A DNA stretch of 64,000 bases from Cyanophora paradoxa CCMP329 (taxonomy: Eukaryota; Plantae; Glaucophyta), in NCBI GenBank assembly GCA_004431415.1, contig QPMI01000029.1:186001-250000 (forward strand), written 5' to 3'. Made by a program: the position numbers and the translations under genes. Below, in pieces: positions 34,411 through 44,666 of this stretch (its first letter is position 1; each line of letters opens with the position of its first letter). The notes under the pieces are model-generated. The model did not search any database. It saw only the letters and a list, made by a program, of their open reading frames with translations, and was not told the origin of the DNA.

Positions 34411-37400
34411 TTAAAGACCAAATGGAATGCTGTGAATGCCGTCGGCTGATATCTTCCGTTTGCTATCGAGTTGGTTTAGAGCGACCCTTCTGCTCTCCAA
34501 GTCATATAAGTTGTGGTCTTGCCTTCGCTTGTTTGTTACTGATACTGTTTTTATGATGCCTTCAAACAGACATCTCTTAAAGTCGTCAAAATGAACCTCC
34601 TTCGAGGAAGTCCCCGACATCTTTACTCTTTCGTTGGTCTCAGTTCTGAAAGCATAGAGTTTCGATCTCAGACCCACATACTCCATGATCTTTGCATTTG
34701 GAAACTCATTCTTATATTTACCAGGAACCATGCGGTTTTTGATACTCACGAGAGGATGGGATTTATCGTAATTGCTCCTATCGAGATACTCACCTATCTC
34801 TTTCATATCTTCATTGAGATTATTTGTTTTCAAGAACAAACAGAACGAATCGGTATCGTGGAACAGTAGTTTGGCGGTTTCCCACTTCTTCCTTACCACA
34901 TCATAGAAGAATCGATAATTATGGAGTTTCGCGAAATCCAAAACGAAAGCGCCAATTGCTACGGGTTTATCTAAATTAACATGCTTCGAATACATCTCGA
35001 AGGCAACTGCGTTTTCGTTTAATACATTGGTCGCCTTGATAAGCGGACTTGCTGCGTATTTCTTACAGAGTTTCTCACTGTTAGCGATCTTGACAGTTGA
35101 GCGACCCCTGCAAGATTCCAAGCATTTACCATAAATCGCATTGTTCATTAGTTTAAAGAAGTCGCTTTCGAAATGGTTGGTAGATTCGTGCCTGAGTAGA
35201 GTATTCAGACCAATGTAAGATCTCATGAATGGGGAGGTAGCGAATGAGAGAACTTTATGTATCTTTTTTAGAATGACACCCTTTTTAACGATGTAGTTAA
35301 GAAGAGGTCGAGCAATCACGTATTTATTCTTGGGCGTAAATGTCGCCGTAAGTTTGGGGTCTTTGCTGATCTTTTCGCCCGTCAGATCTAATAGTTTATT
35401 TTGATAATCACCAAGCATCTCATTGGTTATCACTTCTTTATTCACAATCAGTGGGAAATCGTAATGATCTTCAAGAGTTGTGGGGTATTCAAGATCAACT
35501 TCAATAAATGCGCTTCGTCCCTCTACCTCTTTAAGTGCCTCTGTGATGTCTTCCCATCGATAATCTCCGATGGGTAGTGGTTGACTGAGAGCATAACCAT
35601 AAAGATTATTCGCATCCAACAATACTATATGATCGTCGGCATTCTCTACCTTTGCGTATCGTGTGGGCATGGTAGCAAATCCACCTCTAATGGCTCTCTC
35701 AACAAATTCGTATTTCTCTACATCATCGATTAGTTCAATCTTAACTTTCGTATGTTTGAGCATAGCGTCCCAAGAGAGACCCGGTGCGCTAACGTAATGT
35801 GCGGGATCCAATCCGTATTGAGAAAACGCCAATTTGCGGAATGCTTCAAACTTTCTCATTAAATCACCCACATCCACAGATTGGAAATCCATGAAATGGG
35901 AAGCATCAATGAACTTCCACATGCCCCATTGAAGCGACAGGTATTGATCGAAATTCTTGCTTAGAATCTCAACACGTAGTTTATCGTCTTGTTGGGCGAT
36001 TTTGCGGAATATTCCATGCCCGCATTCATCCATGTGATCGACCACGATAGCTACCTTTGTTTGTTTAGAGATTCGCCGGTGGAGGTTACAGTTTCGGCAT
36101 GCCTTTCCGATGAAATCGCCGGATTGGTGACAATGATCGCGAACCGGGAAGTTTTCGTGGGTGAATCTCTGAGAGCAAATATAACAGTGTTTTGTTATCT
36201 TGTATTCCGCCTTCTGATCGTCTGTGAGTGGATGCATCGGAATATTTCTAAACAGCGTTTCAACGATTTCGGGTCTGATATCTTGGAGAGTAGCAAAGAG
36301 AGAACCAAGTGGATCGGTTCCCTCGAAATGGTATGCTCTCACTTCGAGTCCCATTACCACTCTCAGTGAAACCGCTTTAATCTCACGTTTACTCCTCTGA
36401 GCATCGATAGCAACTGAATGATCTTCAACTTTAACATAACAGATCACAGGAAGCCACACGGTTTTACGTAGATGTTGCAGACCGAATTCAATTACGCTTC
36501 CCGCTTTCGGGCATTTGCCTTTGCTCTCCCTCCAATCAATGCAGCGATTCGCTTCAATATGCAGGTCTAATTTCTCCTGAGTTCTAAAACGAGACAGACA
36601 GGTTTCACAGTAATAAATGCGACCATCACATGCTTTATCAAACGTAGTTTTCAGAAGACGACTAAAAGACATGATAGTGATGTAGTGTCCCCGATCATCT
36701 TCGGTGTTTTCGATAAGTAAAAGGTTTATCTTGGTCTTTCTCCTTGGGTTACTTGATTGATGGAGAGGAAAGAAACACTCTTTGGCGTTATCGGCTCCGT
36801 AAATGTTAATAGATAGATCGGGGTTCAGTTCTTCGAATCGATCGATTACCTCAGCATCACATGCAACGGGAAACTGAATACCATCGAAATTGAGTTCATT
36901 TAACCATCGGCGGTATTGGTTCGGTTCGTTGCTCTTGTGTTTGTTAATGTCCTTTCGATGCAGGTAAGCCAAAATCGCATACTTGAAGCAATCTTGACCG
37001 TCGATATTCTTAACGTTCACCGTTGCCTTCTTGGATGCGATCCATTCGGGAGTTGCGAAAAAACAACCACCCACAGGTGCGTATGACATGATTACACCTC
37101 TTAAAATTTCGATCTTCTCTAAACGGTAACTATCCACTTGCGTCATCTCCTCTTGCATTTTCTGTAACGCTTTGCGAACTTCTGTGTCTATGTTGCGGGA
37201 TCGGGTAATTACGAAATAATCGCTGTAAATGAATTTGGTGATATAGATGCGCGGATTACCTACTTTGGTAAATTTGCAAACGAAAGTCAGACGGACTTTA
37301 ACGGCTCTCAGTTGATCTAAGCGGGTTCTAATGCGTTGCGGTAGACTTGGTGCGATTCTTTCGAGAAATTCGATAGCATCCACGACAACTTCGTTTCGGG

Positions 37401-37692
37401 CGCGATAGGTTAACCACGAATACGCTTGATTCATTGCTTGACCATCTTCAATATCCGGTTCAATTGCTCCTAATCTCTGTCCTTCATCCATAAACTCCTC
37501 CATTCTCTGCATGCGATCGTAGAGGTCATTTGCAATCTCAGTGAGTTGACCTAATCGCGGTCGTCTATCTAAGATGGCGGCTTCTCTATCATATTCCGCT
37601 TCGGTGATCTCACCTGTAACTAAGAGAGTTCCTAACAATCCAAGTATTTCATTTTTCTTTTCTTTGATCAGTCTGTTCGTTTGGCGGGGCAT
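34411..37692 (-). CDS. Protein-primed family B DNA polymerase (terminal protein region, vOTU-like domain, Zn finger, EndoVII-like insert)
   Basis: LLDANNLYG, KLMNNAIYGK, HDTDS, KLYAF; DCFKYAIL...GHY; CETC...H; VRDHCHQSG...CRNCN. Intact, 1093 aa. Confidence 0.95.
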   Translation of the reverse strand: MPRQTNRLIKEKKNEILGLLGTLLVTGEITEAEYDREAAILDRRPRLGQLTEIANDLYDRMQRMEEFMDEGQRLGAIEPDIEDGQAMNQAYSWLTYRARNEVVVDAIEFLERIAPSLPQRIRTRLDQLRAVKVRLTFVCKFTKVGNPRIYITKFIYSDYFVITRSRNIDTEVRKALQKMQEEMTQVDSYRLEKIEILRGVIMSYAPVGGCFFATPEWIASKKATVNVKNIDGQDCFKYAILAYLHRKDINKHKSNEPNQYRRWLNELNFDGIQFPVACDAEVIDRFEELNPDLSINIYGADNAKECFFPLHQSSNPRRKTKINLLLIENTEDDRGHYITIMSFSRLLKTTFDKACDGRIYYCETCLSRFRTQEKLDLHIEANRCIDWRESKGKCPKAGSVIEFGLQHLRKTVWLPVICYVKVEDHSVAIDAQRSKREIKAVSLRVVMGLEVRAYHFEGTDPLGSLFATLQDIRPEIVETLFRNIPMHPLTDDQKAEYKITKHCYICSQRFTHENFPVRDHCHQSGDFIGKACRNCNLHRRISKQTKVAIVVDHMDECGHGIFRKIAQQDDKLRVEILSKNFDQYLSLQWGMWKFIDASHFMDFQSVDVGDLMRKFEAFRKLAFSQYGLDPAHYVSAPGLSWDAMLKHTKVKIELIDDVEKYEFVERAIRGGFATMPTRYAKVENADDHIVLLDANNLYGYALSQPLPIGDYRWEDITEALKEVEGRSAFIEVDLEYPTTLEDHYDFPLIVNKEVITNEMLGDYQNKLLDLTGEKISKDPKLTATFTPKNKYVIARPLLNYIVKKGVILKKIHKVLSFATSPFMRSYIGLNTLLRHESTNHFESDFFKLMNNAIYGKCLESCRGRSTVKIANSEKLCKKYAASPLIKATNVLNENAVAFEMYSKHVNLDKPVAIGAFVLDFAKLHNYRFFYDVVRKKWETAKLLFHDTDSFCLFLKTNNLNEDMKEIGEYLDRSNYDKSHPLVSIKNRMVPGKYKNEFPNAKIMEYVGLRSKLYAFRTETNERVKMSGTSSKEVHFDDFKRCLFEGIIKTVSVTNKRRQDHNLYDLESRRVALNQLDSKRKISADGIHSIPFGL

Positions 37693-37713
37693 CTTTGCTA
37701 TAAAGGAACATTT

Positions 37714-38022
37714 TTATTTTGGATTTTGAACGCGTTTTGAAAGTTTATCTTGAAGTCGCTTTCGTGCATGGTTCACATCATGGCGACCCTGTCCCGCTCT
37801 CATTTCCTCGAAATCATTTGCGCACTGGTGGCCTCTTCCATTTTCGCAGTATCTATCTAATTTCTTTCTGAAATGCCTGGGCATCTGATCATATTTACAT
37901 CCTCCTTTCTCCAAGATCAACCGAAGCACTTTTTTTCTTTGCTCTGCATCTGTCAGAACTGGATCAGATCCAAAGCATTCATGATTGAGTCGGGCGAAAT
38001 CTTCTTTTGAGAATGTGGTCAT
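37714..38022 (-). CDS. Hypothetical protein (102 aa)
   Basis: Clean ORF in the gene-dense run, with AAAAAATGAC upstream. Confidence 0.6.
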   Translation of the reverse strand: MTTFSKEDFARLNHECFGSDPVLTDAEQRKKVLRLILEKGGCKYDQMPRHFRKKLDRYCENGRGHQCANDFEEMRAGQGRHDVNHARKRLQDKLSKRVQNPK

Positions 38023-38066
38023 TGTGGTGCTCTTGGATCACATCTCTGAAATCGCGTCATTTTTTG

Positions 38067-38262
38067 TAGGCGCTTGTAGGCAGTTAGGCACTTCTTAATC
38101 GAGAATTAAAAAGAAGTCCCAAATACATCAACTTGTGTTTTTCAAAACGTTGATTTTATTTTTTATAGAGAGTTTCCAGGAAAGGTGCCTAAGTGCCTAA
38201 CGTCAATTAAAAGTGCCTAACCTCAATTGAAAAGTGCCTACTTCAATTATTCAAGTGCCTAC
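38067..38262. promoter_or_regulatory. Internal copy of the element A iteron block directly downstream of the helicase gene
   Basis: About 180 bp near-identical to 22028-22208, about 65 bp after the helicase stop at 38327. Confidence 0.65.
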
Positions 38263-38326
38263 TGTCCATTTCCAGTAAGGTATAAAAAAGAATGTATATA
38301 GAAATCAGAATCATAACAGAAGTATT

Positions 38327-40721
38327 TTACTCATCATCATCATCAAACTCAACAACAGTAGGTGTCTTATCAATCTTCTTCACACCCTTGTAGCCACGAT
38401 CATAACCAGTTCCAACCTTCTTGCGAACTGCATTCTTGTCATATTTCGCTCCAAGCAAACCCATCACAGTTTTAATGCGATTTGCAGACATATTCAGTCT
38501 CAGTTGCTTGATCTCTTGCTCAACCATCTTGGAAGTTACAGAGTCGGATGAATTTCGAGTGAATTCGAACACTGATCTGATCAGAGACATTTCATCACCT
38601 GCATCTTCCCGGAATTCATTAATATCCTCAGCAACCTTCCCAGACACCACGAATTTCTGAGATTTGTAGGCTTCAAACACCATCCATTCGAATGCTCTAA
38701 TTATCTCAGGACTTTTTAGCAGAACACTCTTGATATCTTCCGAAGCCAATCTCACACAAGGAGAGTTCATTTCCTCAACAGTCTTTTGATCAACGAATTT
38801 GTGGGGTGCTTGAACAATACCATGGTTTGAAGGGTATCAGATGGGGAAATGGGTGGAACATCATTCATGATCATCCACAAACGACTTTGGAGGCGAATAT
38901 TGACCTCATTTTCATAAAGAACACGCATGCATTGAACATCACCACCAGATTCCTTCTTTTTGATCATTGCACCATTCACCTTAATATTTGTGTTTGAGAC
39001 ATCGAATTTCATCTCTTGGGTGAATGTCAGACGACGAAATTCACAAGGTTTCATCCACTTTAACTTGGAGGTATCGTTGTCATCTGAGTTCTTATTCAGC
39101 AAGAATGCCTCCCCACTGATGGTGTGCACATATCCACTTCCCCAGGTATTTTCATTGAGATTCACATAAACCCCCTTACCACAATTGCGTTCACCAATTG
39201 ATAATCCCCACTGTTTATCTTCGTATTTCCCAGCCATTGCACGAGCTGTGAATTCCAGAGCAGAAGAAATCGAATCATTTCCGAAAACGGGTTCCAGAAT
39301 CTTGTCGAAAAGGGTTTGAATATCCGAATCAGATGGCTTGATCACATATCCATCTTTGTCAACATGAAGATCCCTCTCAATTCGAGTGGTAGAATAGATC
39401 TTGTCACATTTGTCCCATGGTGTGAGCTTCTTTGTCTCGAAATCATACACACCATTTCGGTAGCACAATTTCCCAATGGTCGATGACCACATAATATCAT
39501 TGTAGAACACACGATTATTGGGCAGAAATGCTTTGGCTGTCTTGATAATTCGATCTGCCCCAGTAAGATTGGTAGAATATGGCTTCAAGTTACCTTTGTC
39601 ATCTTCCTTGAACATGAAGCACTGCATGCACAATTTCAACATTATATTGTAGACCATTGTGGAATCATCAGTCCACAGAAAATCGTCTGTCTGAGCGAAT
39701 ATACGACCATCAGACATGACCACTCGCCCCTCAATCGATTTAACAAATGTGAGAGCAGCTTCACGATCATCCCGAACAATATTAAGAGGAGAGGATACAC
39801 TTTTTGAATTTGTTGGAATCGTAAATCCTTGATCCATTGGTTTAATCATCAACTCAATCTTGTAGCCAGTGACATTCTCAATATACTTGGTAGCATCACA
39901 GAGAATATCGTGGAGACGAGTTTCGGGTAATTCAGGGGCTTTTCAACCATGCAACCATCATAAACGAGAACGCCAACTTTTACAGCAAGTGAGGTTAAAT
40001 ACTGACAAAGCGCAATCAGACATTCATTCTCCAATTTGCAGAGAACCATATTAATGGTTGAACCAAAGATGTTATACTCCTTCTTTCGCTTGCAAATCAA
40101 GAAGAAGTTGTGGTTTTCGGGCATGCTTGCAATTTGAGCGTGAATTCCTGTGATTTCGTTCTTAACTGCTTTGAACTTGGGGTGGTTCAGCAGCTCCTTG
40201 TTATCAATTGAGCCCCCACCCCCGTTTACAACAGAAAGAAACGCTTTCTTGATATCTTCGCGAGAAAGTCCCGATTTCTTGCTTATATCAGCAATGATAC
40301 TATCACGATTGTCGACATAATCAGCGAGACCCTCACAAACGATTTCATTTTTTTCACAATACTGAATGAGAAGTGTGGGATGCGCATTTTTCATATCGAT
40401 ATCGTAGTAGAAATCGCGAGCAAGAGTGTGGCGGAATTCTCTGGGCATTCCTTGCATTGATGCTTGCTTCTTCTTGATGTGTTCAAGATTCACGAAATAA
40501 CGACCAGTATTATGTTTGCATTGATGATATTTAACTTCAATGCGCCCATCTCGCTTCAAATCCTTGAAATAACGTTGGAGAAGGGTGAGAGTAGCTGTTG
40601 CATCAATATCAGGTCGATACTCCAAAGTCTCGAAATTATCAATCAGGTATTTGAGAGTGGAGCGATCCACCTTCTCAAAGAGAGCGATTTTAAGTCCGTT
40701 CGGTTGCTGAGAGTTGAACAT
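38327..40721 (-). CDS. TVpol (PolA-related primase) fused to a D5-like SF3 helicase; split by two 1-nt frameshifts
   Basis: DIDMKNAHP and LVYDGCMV (TVpol); CYRNGVYDF, GERNCGKG, TFTQE, MNDVP (SF3). Adding one base at the G4 runs 39935-39938 and 38803-38806 joins three ORFs into about 800 aa. Confidence 0.85.
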
Positions 40722-40920
40722 CTTGGGGTCTTCTTATACTTAATGGAGAAAAGAGTTTCTCCGGATTCCTGTCATTTTTTGGCGGCTAACCTTTAAGTGG
40801 TTGATATCTCTTCAATTACCAAAAACGGCAATCGGGAGATGGTATGGGATCTATCGAAGCATATCGATAGACCGCTCGAAAAATGAGTAATTGGGTTCAG
40901 CGGTCAAATGGGTATTTCCC

Positions 40921-41157
40921 TTAATACTTTCGTGGACGTCCCCGCGACTTGTTTTCGATTCCCTCCCGCTCCTTACGACGATAATATGAAGCGAGCGATT
41001 GCGCCTTCTTATACTCCCGATAAACCGGGTCTTCGTTGTAGAGCGTTCGCTTCCTGAGAGCATCTCTCATCTTGTAATTGGCGCGGGTCTCATCTTCTTC
41101 ATCAACAAATTCTATTACACTCACCGTATCTTCGGTAATATGAATTACTGTCTCCAT
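40921..41157 (-). CDS. Small basic protein with a C-terminal AT-hook
   Basis: Ends KSRGRPRKY. Confidence 0.6.
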   Translation of the reverse strand: METVIHITEDTVSVIEFVDEEDETRANYKMRDALRKRTLYNEDPVYREYKKAQSLASYYRRKEREGIENKSRGRPRKY

Positions 41158-41365
41158 GTTCCACTTTATATATAGTTGAGAAAATCTTTTACCACTCTGT
41201 ATTATGCGTTACGTCTTTAAGTATTTTATGGCGTCATTTTTTGGTGACCAAAGCCAGTTGGTGTCTACGTTCTTCAATTGCAGATTTAACAGCGTAAATC
41301 CTTCGTTTCGATAGTATGATGGAGTAGATCTCTTCGAGTGACATTTGATACCATAACCAAAGATA

Positions 41366-41587
41366 TTATTTATGATCGTTTTGCGCAAACGATCGGCGAC
41401 GGACAGTCTCAGTTTCCGTAACGGTGACTGTCTCAGTTGTTATCGAATCTTGTGATTGCCTTCGCCCTCCATCGCTTTCACCATCTGAGAAATCCATTTC
41501 GAATTTCGTATCGCAGCAGTCATTATGACAATCGGTTACGCAATGCATCTCAAACATCTCAATGATCTTTTTCAGAAACTCCATCAA
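41366..41587 (-). CDS. Hypothetical protein (73 aa)
   Basis: Compact ORF in the co-oriented run. Confidence 0.5.
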   Translation of the reverse strand: MMEFLKKIIEMFEMHCVTDCHNDCCDTKFEMDFSDGESDGGRRQSQDSITTETVTVTETETVRRRSFAQNDHK

Positions 41588-41610
41588 TTTCCTCTAATAA
41601 ACAGAGAAAT

Positions 41611-42342
41611 TTATAACCAAACTCTCCGCTTGTATGCTGTGGGTGCAACACCTTTATCAACTTCCGCTTTGGTAGCGCCAGGTTCAACTGTTCCCTTTTG
41701 GGTCTTTGTCTTCAACTCATCTACCGCTTGTTCGTCAATTTGAGTTTCCTTCTTACCAATGAATTGTTTATCGGGAACACCAGTAATACCCATTCGGAAT
41801 ACTTCTTTGCGCAGCATTTCCTTGATTTTAGCGCGTTCTTTCTTCTCAGTTACATACTGTTCAAGAGCGCTTGATTTCGCTTCCAGATCCTTTAATTTAG
41901 CGGTCATCTCATCCCATTGCGCTCTCTGGATTCGGTGGATGTTTTGAGTTGGCGCAACCTTGTAAGTAACTTCACCAGCCATCGATTGAATTACCTTATC
42001 GGATTCTTTGGAAACACCTTCACCCTTGCGAGCGAGTGAAAGATCTTTTAGACCAAGTTCACGATCGTCGGCAGCACCGATAATTCGACGCGCACCTTCA
42101 CCGACCGCCTTCATCTTCGAGACTTCCGGCGAAATGTTCAGTTGCTCACTTTGGGAGGTCTGCGGCGCTTTATCACCGGGCGCTTCTTCATACGCCGCAT
42201 TTAAGGGGTCTTCTTCCTGTTGCGATGGTTTCACTTCGCTCATTCCGTTGAATTTCATCGGTGTAGTGTTGAGAGATCCATTACTTTCACCGCCGGAATA
42301 TGACATAGCACCAGCGGGAACACCTCTACGTTTCGGCGGCAT
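41611..42342 (-). CDS. Hypothetical protein (243 aa, coiled coil, basic N-terminus)
   Basis: Clean ORF starting MPPKRRG, next to the ATPase; possibly a virion core protein. Confidence 0.7.
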   Translation of the reverse strand: MPPKRRGVPAGAMSYSGGESNGSLNTTPMKFNGMSEVKPSQQEEDPLNAAYEEAPGDKAPQTSQSEQLNISPEVSKMKAVGEGARRIIGAADDRELGLKDLSLARKGEGVSKESDKVIQSMAGEVTYKVAPTQNIHRIQRAQWDEMTAKLKDLEAKSSALEQYVTEKKERAKIKEMLRKEVFRMGITGVPDKQFIGKKETQIDEQAVDELKTKTQKGTVEPGATKAEVDKGVAPTAYKRRVWL

Positions 42343-42370
42343 TGTATATTTATAACATACAGAGATAATT

Positions 42371-43153
42371 TTACAATCCCCTCTTATATCGCATCAACTT
42401 ATTCGTGTGAACAGCGCTTTTAATCTCTTTTGGCGCTTCCTCCTTCTCAGGCGGTTTTAATTCATCTTCTTTCTTTTTTGGTTTGCGATGGAACCGAGGA
42501 AACTTAAAGTCTTTAACGAGTTCCGCTTTATCAACATAGTATTCCACCGAATAATTCGCAGAACTCCAAATGAGAAACTGATAGGAGTGAACGTATTCCT
42601 CAAACATCTTATAGAAAGCGTCTTTATCCCGCATGATATTGTATTCTTCTTCAATGGCTTCCAGTTCTTTGCGATTGGCGGCACTTAGGAACATTGCATA
42701 ATCTGAATTGACGCGAATGGTTGAAGAAACCTTACGCAGTTTCTGAGTTATGCAGAAAATTGTAATCGCCGAGTGGCGGCCGCGCGAATACAGAGATCCA
42801 ATAATTTTATCACGGGTAAGGTCTACAATCTCATTGTCTATAAGATCATCGAGAACAACACATAATTGATTAACGGGTTCTCCTTTCTCAATTTTCTCTT
42901 GTCTTTCATCGAGAAGTTTAGCGATGTAAGGCGCATCCCATTTACCGAGCTGTAATGTTGCGACATCATCCCAAAAATGATTGAATGATGTCCCACTTAT
43001 AACAAGAACAACATCTAACTTTTTCGCATCGTGAAGTTGTTTTAGCCAATACTTTACCGCTTCTGACTTGCCCGTCGCGCTTTTTCCGATTGCTAATACG
43101 CGAAAAGGGGGTTTAATCATCTCACCAGCATTAAATTCGGGAACGTCAGACAT
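42371..43153 (-). CDS. A32-like (FtsK/HerA) genome packaging ATPase
   Basis: GKSATGKS, VVLDDL, SRGRH...ITQ. Likely start MSDVPEF. Confidence 0.92.
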   Translation of the reverse strand: MSDVPEFNAGEMIKPPFRVLAIGKSATGKSEAVKYWLKQLHDAKKLDVVLVISGTSFNHFWDDVATLQLGKWDAPYIAKLLDERQEKIEKGEPVNQLCVVLDDLIDNEIVDLTRDKIIGSLYSRGRHSAITIFCITQKLRKVSSTIRVNSDYAMFLSAANRKELEAIEEEYNIMRDKDAFYKMFEEYVHSYQFLIWSSANYSVEYYVDKAELVKDFKFPRFHRKPKKKEDELKPPEKEEAPKEIKSAVHTNKLMRYKRGL

Positions 43154-43214
43154 GGCGTAGTAGATCTTTCTTAATAAAGATAGATAAAAATAACGAAATC
43201 TTACTGATAATGGT

Positions 43215-44612
43215 TTAGAGATTAATGCGGCGAATTCCGTCCTTATCGACAATAATGAACGAATGCATGAGAGCGCGAACGTTAACAGTAATTGTGCGAT
43301 CAGCAGGAAGATACAGAGTGAGGAACGATGACGACGAGTTCGTAAGGTCAACATATCCAGATTGGGCAATGTTGCGAATCGCCTTCTCACCATCAACACA
43401 GAATGGAAGACCGGTAAGGACGTAACGGTTTGCTTCCTTGTCCATATTCGAGCATTTGAAGGCATCGGCGATGAGTTCCGCACCTTTGAGTAGTGGGATT
43501 GGCTCCGTCGAATAAAGACGCTGTCCATTAATCTCACAGGTCATCGTGATATCCTTCGCATTCGCAAGCGTTTTAAGGACACTGTGAGAACCATTGGAAG
43601 TATCGACACCATCGGCATCGCGAACAGAGACAAGAAGAGCATAAACCAGACCAGAGATTTGGCTAAGATTGATTCGGTTGGGTTGAGTGTTACCTTTCGC
43701 AGCAACACCAATAGCATCGACGAAACCGATATCGAGAGCAGGAATAGCCATCCCTGTGGTCTTAACCTTCTCAATAACAGTTGCGAACAGTTCATCAGAA
43801 ACGTTGATAGCATGCATGTAGAGACGAGGAGACTTAATGGAGATGTAATGGGTCATTGGAGGAACAGTTCCAGCAACTTCGAACCCAGTAATACCGCCTG
43901 TGGTGATGTTTTGACCAACATTAGCAAGTGTAACATTGGTAGCGCTTCCCAGTCCATCATCGGTGGATTTATCGGCAGCATCAGTAACAACTGGAAGAGA
44001 GCGACCACCATAAGAAGTTTCAAGGTAACCCTTGTTAGTTTCCTTAAACCACACAGTGATAACGGCTTCGCCCGAGAGAGCGCCAAGTGGTAGGTAGTGG
44101 TTCAACCACGGCACCGGGATTTCAACGAAGAAAGCACCACCTTTACGGTTGGTTCCGTGAGCGGGAATACCATGAAGCATTCCCATTGAACGCTTCTTTT
44201 TCGCCAGTTGATCCTCGCTGTAATAAACCAGTGGGAAAATCGCAAGAAAATCGCTTGGGACGTGGTAGGTGTAAGAACCATACGAGAATTCAAGACGCTC
44301 TACAAGCGCACCTACGGGGCGGGTGTAACCATTGCGCACCAGGTCGGTATCGCCTTCGAAAGCGGTTAGTTCGGGAAGATCGAAAGCGAGTTCGATTTTA
44401 CCAACAAAGTTGTAGCGGGGAAGTTTGAAAGAAACGCGTTGACCTACATTGTTTTCATAGGTTGTCGATGGACTAACAGTTACGAGAACGGGTTTCGTCT
44501 TCGATTCCAGACCAAGCATAAGCGAGTTATCGAGGAAGAACGCTTTGGCTTCCTCGGGCGTTGTTAGCGCCTCTTTCAGAGAAAGACGTTGAAGGGTCGA
44601 GGTAACATCCAT
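43215..44612 (-). CDS. Double-jelly-roll major capsid protein
   Basis: 465 aa, beta-rich. N-terminal pattern VSFKLPR..FVGKIELAFDLP...LVERLEFSYG is typical of DJR MCPs. Lies between the ATPase and the penton genes. Confidence 0.8.
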   Translation of the reverse strand: MDVTSTLQRLSLKEALTTPEEAKAFFLDNSLMLGLESKTKPVLVTVSPSTTYENNVGQRVSFKLPRYNFVGKIELAFDLPELTAFEGDTDLVRNGYTRPVGALVERLEFSYGSYTYHVPSDFLAIFPLVYYSEDQLAKKKRSMGMLHGIPAHGTNRKGGAFFVEIPVPWLNHYLPLGALSGEAVITVWFKETNKGYLETSYGGRSLPVVTDAADKSTDDGLGSATNVTLANVGQNITTGGITGFEVAGTVPPMTHYISIKSPRLYMHAINVSDELFATVIEKVKTTGMAIPALDIGFVDAIGVAAKGNTQPNRINLSQISGLVYALLVSVRDADGVDTSNGSHSVLKTLANAKDITMTCEINGQRLYSTEPIPLLKGAELIADAFKCSNMDKEANRYVLTGLPFCVDGEKAIRNIAQSGYVDLTNSSSSFLTLYLPADRTITVNVRALMHSFIIVDKDGIRRINL

Positions 44613-44666
44613 TCTGTTTTGCTTTTACTATACAAAAATATAAAAATTCTGTGAATGATCCTTAAT

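Noticed and set aside
38767-39940. Programmed ribosomal frameshifting in the TVpol-helicase
   Set aside because: Both breaks are single missing bases at G4/C4 runs, matching the error pattern elsewhere, and no slippery heptamer was seen.
43154-43537. 128-aa N-terminal extension of the ATPase ORF
   Set aside because: It overlaps the capsid gene in another frame; the ATG at 43153 fits the family length.
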